Source: Raillietiella orientalis (taxonomy: Eukaryota). Taken from it: a stretch of 64,000 nt of DNA. This document shows, one piece after another, positions 1-14,300 of this stretch; positions within the stretch are counted from its first letter, which is position 1; every line of letters starts with the position of its first letter. Under the pieces are notes generated by a model. That model was not told where the DNA came from. It did not search any database and saw only the letters and a program-made list of their open reading frames with translations. The stretch spans positions 744,001-808,000 of the forward strand of contig JAYWIR010000042.1 of assembly GCA_036172245.1 (NCBI GenBank). The letters are read 5' to 3'. The position numbers were made by a program, and so were the translations under genes.

Positions 1-386
1 CAGTAGCGACTCCCACGAGGAGATCGTTACTATTGGCCTAGGACGATGGAAATCCTTGGGTTCTTCTTTTTTCTTCTGCATGCTGTTTTTATTTCAACTT
101 TTTTTTTTGGTTCGCTAAGTACCTCAGAGCCGGTCGCGTGCCTAGCGGCGTACGTGGCTCTTTTTAAACATTAACACACTGTTTTGTTTCCACGCCTCTC
201 CGCCCGCGGCAACCCGCAGGGGGCGTGCAATTCTTCAGGATAGGGGATCCACCCTATGAATCCAGGAAGGGCTCGGAGTCCGTTCCTCTCACGCCAAGGG
301 AGGGATCCCGCCCGGACGGGGGGATCGCACCTCCCACCCTGGTTGTCGCCGAAGGGGTAACCCGAGGGGAATCTTCTTCCTCATTC

Positions 387-550
387 TCTCCGGAGGGACA
401 CCCCCTGGGAGGGGGGTGATCCTCTCCATTTCAACTTCTCCAAAGGGAACCCGGAAAGGATCCGCTAGTAGGAATTCTTCTCCGGAGAGAACCCGCAAGG
501 GAACCGCTCCTGTTCACTCCTCTGAAGAGAACCCCGAAGGGACGCTTCCG
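387..550 (+). repeat. Degenerate ~42-bp tandem repeat
   Basis: gaacccggaaaggatccgct (447), gaacccgcaagggaaccgct (489) and gaaccccgaagggacgct (529), each preceded by tctcc/tctg..aga. Confidence 0.5.
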
Positions 551-2599
551 AAACTTGGAAGGGGCGCTGCAGCTTCCAGCAGGGAATCGCTCTCGCTTGC
601 TTCCTTTTGCACTCTGTGAAGAGTGCGATGACTCGGAGGGTCCCCCCCGCAACAGGGGGTTCCGCTCCTTTGAACAACTGGAGAGGTGCCTATGAAGGCT
701 GCTGCTCCATCTTAAACAAACTGCAGGGGTCCCCCGGTGGGGGGGGTCCGCTCTCCGTTGTACGACTGGAGGGGGAACTCGCCACTCCTTGATTCCTGGG
801 AAGACCCGAAGGTCAATTTCCCATTGTTCTGGCCTTCATCGGGGGCCTCCGGCTTAATCCACCGCCGGTGCCACGCCCGAATGTCTCGGCCAACCAGCGC
901 CATTGCAGGAGAAACTCGGAATCCGAAGACGCAGTGGCGCCAGAATTTCTGCCCAAGTATTAGGAGCCCGCGACACAAGGTGCCACACGCGGAAGCCTTA
1001 ACCACAAGGCCTCCGACCTTTTCTTTTCATGATTACAATTACACACCTCGAAGCCAGGTAAGCCTCTTCTTTTCTACCAGTGTCTTTGAGCTATGATGAT
1101 AGCATACTATCATCATAACTCGACCTAATGTGTTTCGTTTGCAAGGGTGGTTACCTCAATAGGAAGTTTTTGTGTAGAATTTCTCATTCTCTTGAGGATG
1201 GCTCAAAGCTTTGCTTATGAACGCGCATTTCATATGGAAAAAAAGAACAACAGCAGATTAGGGAGAGTGCGTCTGCGTAAAGGTGTGAATTCATAATTGG
1301 AATCTAGGAAATAAAAAGGACAGAAAGTGGTCAAAGGATGCTATTAGAAGCAGTGGTATTTCCACGCATATGAACGAGCATTCCTGCTCCAGAGTCGAAG
1401 GCAATTTTGTCGAATTATTCTCATCGTAGCAAATGATCTCAAGTTGAGGAGGAACAGACATACCAAAAGCAAATGGAAAACGAAACTCACAAATGTGAAG
1501 CCCCATTCTTTCGAACCATAACCGGAATGAGATCCACTGAGCTCCGAGTTGATGTGCTTCTTATGGAGGAAACATCATTGGTGAAGATGGCCGTAGTACG
1601 CCAGTAATTCCGTTCATCGCAGGCTCGTTCCAATGAGAAATGCCCCCTCTACCTCTACTGTACCTCAAAGATCCTACGGTTTCTGTTTTTCTTCCTATCT
1701 GCACTGGAAAGCTGCTGTTTCCATGCTGCTTCCAGAACCTAGGCGATTAATTGAATAGCTCGCTGAACTGATACAAACCAGGACTTCTCTCAAGGTGCCC
1801 TTTTGGATTAGGTTCTTCCTCTCAAGATCAGAGTTTCCTTTGTAGTTCGTTTCTAGGATACCCTGGCAGATAAAGCAGCGCCTGCTAAGACGGGGGGTAT
1901 CTACATAATTCTGGTTCCTGGTTAAGATCAGATTTTTCGAAAGAAAATTTTCCGAGGATGCACTGAAGAAATGTCAGTGTTCCGCAACCAGCTTCAACCA
2001 GTTTCAGGGTTGGCAACGCATTTTCATTTTCGCCGTTCCAAAAAAAAATGGGGGTAGTGGACAATCTTCCATTGTGTATATCTCGGGCAGGTTCTGCAAG
2101 GGCATGAAATATCATCTGGATTCCTTTATTGACAGTTCTACTACTCCTATTACTGAAATCTTCCCAAACAGAGATAATGGATTAAAAAAATGTTCGAAAA
2201 AAAGTGGTGAATTCCATCAAGAATCCATCTTTAGATGACTGAAGACACAAACCTAAGGATACCCAACAACAGCAATACCGGCAGACAAGGAGGAAATCTT
2301 TAATGGCTTCCATAAGTTCCGTTCCGTGCATGTGTGCGGTGAAGATGCAATTCATCATCCCCCACTGAATCTGCGAAAACAATCTACGCGGAGATGAATA
2401 CCCCTGAGTTTTTGCAAACCTTGGACTGTCTCTGCTAAGCCGAAACTAACAGACCTGTTTGTTTACGCGCGTGGATGATTCTTCACGACAGTCCTTCCGT
2501 TTTCCTCTTTGTCTGCTGTCTAGAAATGCGTGGTCCTAAATCTAATAATCTAAGCCCATCGCGAATGCTAAAATGGCAGTAAAACAACTTCATTGTCCA

Positions 2600-3276
2600 T
2601 TTGGGCACTGATGAAGTTCTGAAGCGATGTCAGGCGGAAGGAACCTGAACGGTTTCTTCCACTCGTCAAGTTTGGCGCAAGATGGCCGCTTTTTCAGAGG
2701 ATGTTGATACCTTTGTCGATCTTCGGAAGTGTTTCCCGCATCATTCGGAGACGAAAATCGATGCCAATGCGTTTTCAGCTCTTGCACGGCGTGGAATTCC
2801 GCTGCGTGGTACTTCGCATGCTGACAAATCGATGCTTGAGACTCCGCGTTTCTCACATCGGGTTTCTCGGGGCGTCTGCTCAAAGAAGTGGCACTACAGG
2901 ATGAGGAGCCTGATGAGTCGGTTCGCCGCCTGCTGCACACTGCCACCTGCCTCGAGGCCCACCCACTCGATTCGGCTCTCTTTAGACCGTGCTCCCACCT
3001 TCCGCCGGCTTCCACGTTCACACGGTTTCATTCTTGCCTCGGGCTTGCAACCGCTTGCTTTCTAAAGAGTGTCATCTGGAGCGGGAAGACAAGTCGGCAG
3101 CACCGCGTGCCACTGCCGGATCTGCCAGAGTATCAGACATTATCATCGACACTGCGATGCCGAATATGTGTCGCATCTATGGCAACCACCTCTGTGTGGA
3201 CTCCCGCTTTATGCTACCCGAGCCTGTGAAATCCTCTGGAATTGCTCATTTCTTGAGCGAGACCAAAGCAAGCTAA
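2600..3276 (+). mobile_element. Decayed LINE ORF2 3' portion
   Basis: Fragments LRLRVSHIGFLG, LLHTATCLEAHPLDSAL and IAHFLSETK resemble the post-RT and C-terminal regions of I/Nimb-type LINEs; frameshifted. Confidence 0.35.
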
Positions 3277-5304
3277 GACGCAGAAGGGAAGCTCGGAGAT
3301 CACAAAGCAGCGAAACGTGTAAGCTGAATGCCTGTGCAGAGCCCGAAATGGAATCGCTGCCGAGACCAATCCCCTGCCGTCCTTGAGAACCTGTGAGGTA
3401 AACTAGAAAAGACAGAAGCTCACCGATGCGGACAGTTTGGTCTTTTCGCCGACCTTCCGAGAACGTTGCGTGTGAACGGAGAGCTGGCAGAACACGCGGA
3501 AACGGCAAGAAACCTCCCCTCATCCAGATGAAAGGGAACGCGGCAATCATCTTCAGTAGGTGGCTACTGCAGATGATTGGATCTGAGGATGCGAGCTTGC
3601 AACCATGAAATCACTTCGTGCGTGCCGCACACTGTTCCGCTTTCCCGAATTTCTCTTCTGGTGCTTGCTGCACTCCTCTCAGAGGCGCAGAGCTTTCGTC
3701 CCGGGAGTGCTCCCAGTTCTGCTGGAGCGGCGAACCGCGGACTGTACTCCCTCGGCCGCCTTGTCCAGAGACCAACCTTCCCTTTCCCTCACCTTGGAAT
3801 GGCTCCCGCAGAGACTCCTGGAGTGACGACCGCAATCGCGCGCGCCGCTATCTCCGGATGGGTGTCCCTCACGCGGGGCTGGCGGGAGCAGTTCGCGCCT
3901 ACGCAACTCGCCAGAGCCTCTACCCCAAGAAACGCGGCTGCTTGCGACTACTCCTCCTTCCTGGGACGAAAGAAGAGTCCCTTTATATTTTTAGCAGGAT
4001 GCATGAGTGATCAGCAAGCGATCCAAATCAAACTCCAACTGTCTTCCCTGGAGAGACAGCAGCAGACAAGATCCGATCCTCGAAGAACAGGAAACAAGTG
4101 GGCGATTAGAGATGTCCCCTGCGTACTCGGCTGATGCTGTCGATTGCCGCTCACCTTTTCCCCGTTTGGGCGTCCATCTCTTCCGCTGCTCATATGGAAA
4201 AGCAGCAGAACATTCCCTGAGTATCCCACGGCTCCAGTTTGTCCCATTTCTCGAAGAAGAAAACGAAACGTCAGACGAGAGGGAGAAAGGAGGGAACCTG
4301 CCGCCAATCGCGCCACATCCCTCTGAAACTCTTCTTCCACCTCTTTGGCCATCCCCGTGCTCGTGGCTCTACTCGCATTTCCAAATTTCTTTCGATGGGA
4401 CTCACAATGCGCGAGGATTTCTTCCGAGAAGCCGCATCCTCGGGCTGCATGCTCGCGGAGAAATGCTGTGCGACGCCCTCTAAGCGCACGCAGCCGGAGG
4501 GCTGCCAAGCTGCCGTCCGTCTGGAGGCTACGACCGCGGCATGCCGTGCCCGGCGCGCGCCAGCTGGGCGCGCGTGCAGGTTCCACGAGAACTCGCTAGC
4601 GGCGCTGCCGTAGCAGTGCTCCCGAGCAAAGGGGAGCTCGGAAAACAAAGCCGGGATGAACAAAGGGAGAGAAGCGGTGCGCAAGCGCTTCTGGTGCCAC
4701 TTTGTAATCCATTGTAAAACAAACGTCAAAGTCGACGGCGGTACCGCCTGTCTCGAAGGAGTGCTCAGCCACTTCCGGACCTCAAAGCCCTGCCACGCGC
4801 ATCGTACTCAAGAGGGATGCGTCGAGCTCGTCCGCGCAGAGTGGAACCCTCCTCCTCCACGGAAAATGGGGCCGAAACATCCCAAACCGGATGTGGAGAA
4901 GAGAGGCCTTCGAGGATTTGATCCTCCAAAGTTGATCCTCTGGGCTCATGCGTGGCAGCCTTGTGTTCAGGCGCTCTTTGAAGGCGCACGGACTTCCCGA
5001 CACCGGGTTCGAGGGATGCTGAAGGGAAGAGCTCACCCCGCACGGGATAGCGAATGGCGGGCCAGCGCTTTCCGTGAGGCGTCCAGCCAAGGGAAAGACC
5101 CTTCGGATAACTCCGAATCTGCTACCGTCGATCCGGGTGGGTTGACTTGAACACACGCGGTTCTGGGATGACCCCAGATCTCGTGGTTCGAAGGGAAACC
5201 GAAAAAACCAGGAACCCGCCGAGTGCAAACCGGATCTGAAGAGATGAGGGAGGAAGGAGAAGGGAAGGAACTCTTCTTCCCTTTCTCACTCTGCCGTTTT
5301 CCAG

Positions 5305-5377
5305 CTCGACCTGAACCTGCAGAAGGAAGAGGGCGACATCAGCGGATTCATGGAGAACGGAGAGTGGGACTTGATAG
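5305..5377 (+). CDS. nAChR exon, loop F region ([24 protein letters not shown])
   Basis: ttttccag| acceptor, |gtaag donor, 73 nt, NGEWDL motif. Confidence 0.93.
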
Positions 5378-8300
5378 GTAAGGCGACGGTCCGCACGCGC
5401 AGCACGGGTATCCTCTCTCTTTTCTTCTTCTTGCCGGCTGCAGCTTCCGCTTTCTCTCTGACAGGAACGAAACTCTCCTGCTGCAGCCAAATGTCGCTTC
5501 CCTTCCGATCGAACCGAGTGCCGTGCGAGAGAGAGAGAGCGCGCTTCCAGAAGGGATCCAGGAAGGGAGAACCATAATCCACGGGAGAGGAGATGGTGAA
5601 GGGAGGGGGAGGAAACACAAACACAAAAAAAGAAAAACTCACTTCTCTCGAATCTGGGAGGAGAGAGTCTTGAAAACGTCGCTGCCTTTCAGGACGTTTC
5701 TGGAAACCCGCTTTTATCCCAGACGGCATTTTCTTTCCTCCTTCCTACGCGAGCTAATCTTTGTTGTCGACCAAGCTGCATCTGTTGGGACGCATAGCGA
5801 TCCCGAAGGAAACACCTTTCCCTTGTCCGGAAAGGGGAGGAGGAAGTCGAGAGGAAGAAAGGAGAAGGGTGGATCACGTGTGCGGATCGAATGCTGTCAG
5901 TGGCTTCTTGCCGATCCCTCATGGCTCCTGATTCCTCTCATCTCCCTGGACGTTCGAATGAGATTGCAATGCCAAGAATGGGGTGAGGGAAACCACAAGA
6001 CCAGGAAGAGCACCAGAGGGGCGGAAGCATGCCCTAGGGGAGAGATCGTTTCAGGCCACGCAGTTCGGAGCTGCTGATCGCTGATGTCACCGCGACGACC
6101 GTTCGGCATTGCGGAGCCTCCTGGAGGAATTAGCGGGTGAGAAGCCTCCTCTCAGTTTGCATGGACCCGTCGATCACCTCCTCAGCCCCCTCAGCGTCCT
6201 CTTCCTCCGTGAGCAGGCGCCACCTTTCCGTGTCCTCTTCCTCGTTTTCCGGCACGAACTCGAGCTTGCAGAACGAGCCGACTCAATTGAAGATTCCCCA
6301 AGGCAAGCTGCGTTCTACAGAAGGGGATGAAGACTCGGACAGTCAGAGAAACGAAGACAGGGAAGAACCAAGAGAAGAAGCGAGCGAACGCTCCGACGAA
6401 TCCCGAACTCGAGGTGCCTCGCAGTTAAAAAGACCGCGCGGAACTCGCGCGACTTCCCACGCCCTCCTTCATGCCCTTTGTTGTGGGCAGGCGGGGGATA
6501 GAGGATTGAGGGAGAAGATCCTGACTTTCTGGAGTAACGGTTGGATTCCTCCTGACGAAATTGTCAGCAGTCATGCTTTGGGAGGTGGCAGCAGGAGACC
6601 CATCCAATGATTCCTAGGGGAAACCATCACTAACCCAGAAGAAAGGAGATTTCAAGCAACTGTCATTGAAGGGTGCCACTTCCAGCCCAGGTCCAGCACG
6701 TGAAGAGCAGCTCACATCCGACTCTGAACAGAGCATCTAAGGAAGAAAGATACTCAAACTTACCCCTTCGAATGGAATTCAAGATGCCTTCGAGAGTCCA
6801 CAGTATGAGAAGATCCTCGTCGTCAAGGAGAAGAGACGCACCAAAATTGAATCAGAGGACGTTCCTGAAGATTACCTGGCAGCCAGAAGTTGCATTCGGT
6901 ATATCCAAGAGTGGAGCTTGCCTCTGAAGGCATGCTAAAAGGATAGCTTGTTTTCCTGCCAGAGGAGAAAAGGAAGTGACGCCCTTGGAGTCAGGATGGG
7001 TGCTTCTGAGGCTTTCTTGGTGGGCTAGAGAACGACTAGCTGGGACAGAGCTCCCAACTTTATACAGGAGCAGTAGAGCGACTCCACAGGGGGACGCAAA
7101 GTAGGCAAATCAAGGAGAACAAGCATGTTCAGAACGCAAGGACCACTGTAGCACATCGTGGTCGGACCACGGCAGCATAGGCCCAACCACAAATCCGCTT
7201 GGGCGACGCATCCAGGCGGAAAATGGTCTCACTACGCACTCTGCGAGTACCAAGGCAGACCAACTTTCAAACCGAGTGCGATCTCAGACTGCACTCTTCT
7301 GAGCAGCAGCATTTTCTTCTTGCTTTTTTTCATGCATAGTTACACCTACAGCTGCTGTCAACTTCCACGGCGCAGCTTAGAGTCTTCGATTTCGATTCTT
7401 GGGTGCACATGCCCTCTTGAACGAAAAGAAATTTCTCGTCTTTCACTGGAGAACGAAATTGTTAAGAACCATTCATGAGAGTTTTGGATTTGACTCCATA
7501 TCAGCAGAACCGGTTACTTGGTTCCTTAAAGTCAGGAACTGCTCTCTCATCCCCATTGCTTTCTAATCCAAAAGATCCTTTGCTTCAGTCACAAAAACAT
7601 CTCATCACCATTACTCGAAGTTGCATTTAGAAAAGTGTTTTACCTTATGTAGCAACTGATTTCTCTATGGCACTTTTCGTCGCCGTGGTGGCTTATCGTG
7701 GTGTTGGGATCCAGGATGGAGAAGATGAAGACTAAATCCACGACAAAACTCGGAAATCTCCTTGGAGACCCTGTTGTGATAATGCCCGATTGCTGCCGAC
7801 ATTCAGCTCACAGAAAAGAGCACGGTTCTTACCGCCTTCATCTTAAACAGGACCGCCGGAGCTCCATCTAGCTTGAAGACTGATGGCATCCGAAGCTAAA
7901 TCACAAGCTCTCTTTCCAGAGTTCATTCAGACTTGAAGAAAAGCACGAATTGTGATCTCAAGTTAAGAATTTGAGCTCGCAAGCTAATGACAGCTCCAGC
8001 TTACGACTTCTCTGAGGATTCTCAAGAGACAGGAATCCAAACAGATTCTGGAACGTGCTTTTATCGGCGATCGTCATAACTCTCTTCTCATTGCTTTTAT
8101 AAAGGAAGAGGTTCGAATGCATTCATGCTCAAGAAGTTAGGTGGATTAAAAGTGCTTTAGAGAAGAAGATGAGAGTTTTCGGTGTATACGGAAGGAGGGA
8201 GTAACGGAGTTTGATTTTCTTAAAAGAAGTGTCCCGAAAAGGCATTTGTGCTCCGAATGAGCTTGTACTGATATCCCTTATACATTTATGTATGAAGCAC

Positions 8301-11300
8301 ATGGACGGCTTGTGTTGCCCTAGTAGCTTTTCGATGTGGCCTAGACTTCTGGCTACTATTCCATTGTGAGGAATGTTTTGCTTGCATTACCGATGCACAT
8401 CACGGAGGGCGCCATAAAACACAGGTACGAGTTTCTACCAAGAGAATCCTAATCCATGTGTGGCACTTGAACATGGTCCACCGATTCTGTTGTTGACATG
8501 TGTCTGCATCAATCAGCAGAAGGAAAAAGACAAGTTATGTTCCTGTGAAATGATGTCCCATCAGCTGGGTGGCTCATCAGATTTGACAATGACGTTAAGT
8601 TTCCAAGTTTCTCATTTCTGGAAGTCCTGGAAGATACATCTGATTATGTGAGAAGCTGACGAAAAGAGTCCTCACCTGTTTCCATAGGTGTCTGAAGTTT
8701 AGAAGATGGGTATGAATTCAGCTCAGTGGGAGAATAAAAGATGAAAAGAAGCTGAGTGAACAGCTGCTTAATCATTTCAAAATGGAAAAAAAAAAAAACA
8801 AACAGAGGAATTGGACTCCATTGGCCACGTTGCTCCAAGGCACAAGAAGCTGCCTTACATCTTTGTTGGCAGCGAGATACTTGGCCCGCGTTGCCTCCAA
8901 TTCAAATTGCATTTTCTAGCATCCCAATGGCTTCCCAGAGGATGGATCGTTGCTCACTCTCAAGGTGTCTGCTTCCGTTCTATTGAGATGTTGGTTCGGA
9001 GACATGGAGGCGCGCACAGAGCATGCACTCAAAACGATCACACGATTCCATTCCACAAGAGTGAAGCGGGGCTGTGCACTTGGCCCCGCGAAATTTCGCT
9101 GAAATTCGAATGCAATCGTGACTGATCAACGGAAACAGAAACCCCCCTCAAAAAAAAAAAATGAGAACATTATATCAGGTGCTTGGGATTCGTAGTTCAT
9201 GCTCTTAGTGATGTTTAGGAACCTCTCTCCCATTTTCCGAAAATATGGGCATGTGCTTCATTATCGAAACGCATGACACAAAACGGAAATGATCCCCAGA
9301 AAATCCGTTCGGAAACCCTAAACCAAAAACTCTCAGGATTCGTTCAAAGATCTTACAGTAAACAGGTGACGGACATAGAGAGTGTATAGATGTTGTCTCT
9401 AGTAGTAACCGGTCAAAGAATGGCAGGGCTTCCCTGATCAGCCATTTAGCTTTTACGTGCGTCTCCGCTCCATTAAAAGGATCACTCATTGCCCTTCTTC
9501 ATTCAGCAGTTGGATCTAGAATGCTCAAAGAGCAGCTGCAATGGCGTGCCACACATACATGAGCAGCATTGCTTTTTTTGAACCTGTACAAGTTTGGTTT
9601 GTTTTCATTGGTCTCTTTGTGCTTTGTCAAAAAGAAGCCTCAGAATGAGGAGCGTTGCATATTTCCCTTGCCAGTTTTTGAAGCAATCTCCAGCATCCAT
9701 ATGCTGAACCGTTTCGGATTTCATTCGAAGATGCCATGGAATACATTTTTTTTGAACGCATGACTGTCTAGACTTAATTTCCAACCATTTCCGTTTGCTC
9801 AAGAACGACACTAGCTTTGTTATAACATTTAGCATCAATAACAAAACCTCTCTGCCCCTCTTCTTTACCAGAACAAACGCTTCTTGCAGTTTAGTAGCAA
9901 GGAACCCACTTGCTCATCCGAATCATCTGGCGAAACTTGCGCTTAGCTTTCTCCGTACGTTGAAGTCTCTTGCGCCCGTTCTCCTGATGTTCCGAAAGAT
10001 CTCTGTGAAGTGCTTTCTTCAGAACTTTCCTCTTCAGAACCAATGCGAAGACAGCAGTGCAAGAACAGAGCTTCTCTCGAAGAGGTTTCTCACACTCAAG
10101 TCCGTGAAGTTTTCCTCTTAAGCAAAGCCAAGGTTTTCGACGTGACTGGACTTCACATCAGCTGGTGAAGACATCACCGAACTACACACAGACAGCTGCA
10201 CATCTTCGAGGTTGGGTCGATTCTTGCACGAGACGGCTTCTCAAGTCACGGAACGTTTTCCTTCACGTGATTTTCTTGATTGAACCACAATCACGTCGTC
10301 TCCGAGTCTTTGTTTTTGTTCTTTTTCTATCAGAGCTCCGAAAAGCAAGCCGAAAAACTTCGATCCCACTTCTGATCTCGGAAAATAACTGGAACGTTTA
10401 CACGATTCTCTAAAGTCCACCGAATGTAAGAGAACTGCTCCCACCAGATCCTTTCATCCTTCACTTCTTTGCAGTCATGAGTTTCTTCAAGTACGGCAAT
10501 GAGAGGAACACTCTGTCAGGGGAACAGCAAATGCTTGCTTATCGATCTGTTCTCAGACTCCTTGAAGTACCTTCCTCCACCCCCACACAGCGTCGCTTCC
10601 CTTCACACCCCTATTTCAGGATCTAGAAATATCGGAATCGTTCTTTCGGAATGCTCCAGAAGATTTTTAGCCTTCAAGTCATGCTTCTCCTTCATCGATG
10701 AAGGAAGAGGAGCTCAGAATCTTTTACACGTTCCAACTGAAATACTCGAATCTTTTGGGCTGAGTCTCTTCCGTGTCCCGGAATCAATGGTTGTTTTCCC
10801 CTTGTGCAATCATATTCAGAAACGAAACGGAAAAAGCCTTCAGGGGTTGCCAGGCATGTGCCTACATCACAGCAGAACTCGCTTGGTTCTCCTGACCTCT
10901 TTTGCACAGGCGCAGGGGGCGGACATCAAGCTTTGTTTAAAAAGAGAAAAAAGGAAAGCAAGCAGCAGGCCATGCCCGTCTCCTTGCCCTGCTGGTGCAA
11001 CCACACTGTGGTCATCATGCCCTACTGTGATGAGCACAATCGATTATGCGTTTCAGACGTTTTTAAACCCAGATTCGTAGAGGTTCATTGCAAACGTTGG
11101 TACGCAAACACACATCTCTTGATTCATCGCACCATTTCAAATACCCTCCCATGAAGAGCAGCTGGTCCACTCCAAAACATTCTTGGTATTTGGTCCAGCC
11201 CTAAATGTTTGTGGTTTATAGAAAATGCAAGCATTTAATTTCATAAAATTTTGTTTACGTTATTTCCACTGTAACTCATGCTGAATTTCTGATTTACTTT

Positions 11301-14300
11301 AATCATGGTCCTCCTCTTCATCAGGCTCACTAGCTTTGCTTTTAAGTCGACGAGCAATTGTACACATCGACCTGTTCATTAGATTTATGTTCTTTACATC
11401 TGTTGACAATCTCGGTCACATGTGTTTTTGTCGATATCATTGTGAAATTGGTATTTGAGTATGACCACCAAGAACTTGATGACGGTGATGACTTGTCTGC
11501 CGCTCTGCTGTTCGTCTTCTAACACTTCAGTAAACCTCCAAATGCAAGGGTGAGGGGCGACCATCAGCTTTGGAAATTTTGTGTCACTGTTGTCTGCCTT
11601 GTGATCGCCGTTTAGCACTGATGTATAGACATACCAAGTTTCTTGTGGAAATCTTGGCGCTTTGGGTCTTCTTCTGCTTCTCCCACGCCTTCCATAGTCA
11701 CGCACTCTTTCAACATAGTCCATCCAAATTCTCTTTCCGCATTCTCCACAATGTACGCAAAAATTTCCTTTTCGTCTCACAGAGGAACAAATGGGAGTCA
11801 AAACAAGACGGATACTTATGCGTGTTACTTCCCCTTGTCTTGCACTCGGATTTTGAATCCACTTTTCTCAATGACCCAATATCAAGGATCATTTGCCGGG
11901 GACCAGATGTTGCAGTGAACTTTTTGGACAGAACCAAATTTCAAAGACTTTTTGGTGTAAAACAGCAAAAAGTCCTTGAAATATCTGCTGACCATGTCTT
12001 CACGAAAGTCCATGACTTCCAGGTATTCCAGCCCAGAAAAACATTAAGCATTACGTTTGCTGCCCGGAGAAACCTTACGTGGACGTAACTTTCACCATCC
12101 ACATACGCAGAAGAACGTTATACTACTTCTCGAACTTCATCCTGCCTTGCATCCTTATTTCTTCGATGGCATTACTGGGATTCACACTGCCTCCCGACTG
12201 TGGTGAAAAGTTGGCTCTTGGTAAGTGAGTGTTGCATTTATCCGTTCTTGGAGAGTGATGAGACCTACCCTTGGTCTTCCTTCCCTTCTCGCTTATTATC
12301 TCAGGAGACGTGAGACACGGGCATTCTTAGAATGAGTTCTCGGTGATTCGGAATGATCGAATCTCAACCACGGATCGACCAGATTTTTCACTTGGTTTTT
12401 GCCTCTCCAGTTCTTGGGATGCATTGTGCCAAGACCGACGTGATGAGCTGCATCATGTTAGCAAAGCGGCCTTCACGCTTGCGACATCAGAGAACCGGTG
12501 GGACGAGCGGTGGTCTCAAATGCCTCAACGAGGTTCAGAGACAGAAACTGTTAGCAAGTTTACTCAGCCTCGAGGCTTCGGTTTCCTTTCTGACGTTACT
12601 CGGAAGAATCCTCGAGGGTAAAGTCGAAAGCGCAGAAAGTTTCTGCAATCGTGCACTTCGGTACAAGAGTCGTCGTCAAGTGGTGAGAGATTTCGATCAA
12701 GAGAAGAGCCCAAAGTGACACAGCGAAACTATTAGAATTCACCTGGGGGAATGAAACTGACAAGAGGCAACGCTGGAAGACTTTCTGAGTGACTGGCTGT
12801 AGCCATCGAATACTTAAAATATCCGTGATGGGGGAGAGCACACACACACCTAAAAGCCAAAGCAGTCAAAGCCCAACGGTCGCGTAGTACCAGATCTAAA
12901 AAGCATGTTTCTCTCCAGGGACCCCCACATGGAATGTCATGAGTGCTCCGGAAGCAGTACAAAATAGAAAATCCTAGCATACGCCCTTCTTGTATCAAGG
13001 CTGTGCTCCTCTTATCTGCATTTCCCTGCCGTAACTTTTGTCAGCTGAGAGTTCTACCGTCCGTTCGAGTTTCAAACCCCTTACTTTGAAATGCATGAGA
13101 TTTAAGTAGTCTGATCAGAGATATGCACTCTATTCCCCGGACCACAGCCCATCTCACCGAGGGTCCATCGTCGAGAAACGCATTTCTTAGTCGTCCTGAG
13201 ACTTGCACGAGAACAAAGCGTGTCGCCCTTCACATTCAACACGGAAAGCCGGCGAGCCATTGGCTCTTGATATGAGAAGCTTGGTGAAAGCCGTAAGGCG
13301 GCAGTGCATGGCCACGAATGGGCAGTCACAAAAAGCAAGCTGAGGACACAAAAGCAGATATGGGCTGTGTTCCCAACTTATTCGGTTACATTGGTGAAGT
13401 ACCGGCGACGCGAAATAAAGATAAAAAAGGGAGCAGACACGATTAACCGTCTCCAATTATTTGGCAGTGGGGGCGTTTTTTTCGCTCTCGGAGAAGCGGT
13501 TGCCAATATTTCTCTGATATGCATAGTGCAAGGAGGCAGAGATAGAATGCTGCCTATTCTCGCTGTGATTCCTACCGAACAGGGATAGTATTTCATAAGG
13601 GAACATTCCCGCCGATTAGGTAAGAATGTGAGTATGCTCGGAGTCGCTGCTGTCTTTTCCCAAACAAGAAAGAACGGATCGGTTAAAAGAAATTGTCGGA
13701 AACTTCTTGCTCCACCGCTTGCCTTATGATGGGAATTTTGCAGCATCGGGCGCCTTCAGACAACAGACACATTATAGTCACAACAGTGAAGAAGAAACGA
13801 TGAGTGGACTAAATGGTGATATCCTGCATGATTTCAGTGAGATTTTCAGTGAGATGATCGAACTGTGGGAGATACTGCGAGCTCAGAAGTTGCATTCAAA
13901 GCACCAATTCACAGACATTTAAGCAGACGTTGAGGCGAAATCCATCCTACCATGTCGGTAGAGAAGTGATGGTTTCGGCAGCTTGGGAAAGCGCCGCTTG
14001 AAGGCGCCAATATGTTGGTACAACCTGCAGGGCGGAAAGAGTACACAGAACAGAAACTGCTTTGTGCTGTAAACAGAGACTCATTGGCAAACAGACAAGG
14101 CGTCTCGGCATCCTGTTTCGAGAGAAGCCGCAACAGGTCTCAGTACAAGAACGGAATTCAGATCCTCATTCGAGGATACTAGCACACGAAAAATGCAGCC
14201 TTGAATGGCCGATCTTACCGTTACCAGAGCGGGTGGATCAGAAGCAGCATTCGTGCAAGTCAGCTAGAAAGCAAGGATTCAGTAAACTGTTCCTCAATAT

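Noticed and set aside
5465..5520. Acceptor-like site followed by GTKLSCCSQ, a possible alternative loop C exon
   Set aside because: No YxCC-EPY context or M1 follows; the real exon is at 12023.
3577..6610. Many overlapping 150-190 aa ORFs, including a signal-peptide-like LLVLAALLSEAQS
   Set aside because: GC-rich intronic sequence around an nAChR exon; low complexity, with no recognisable domains.
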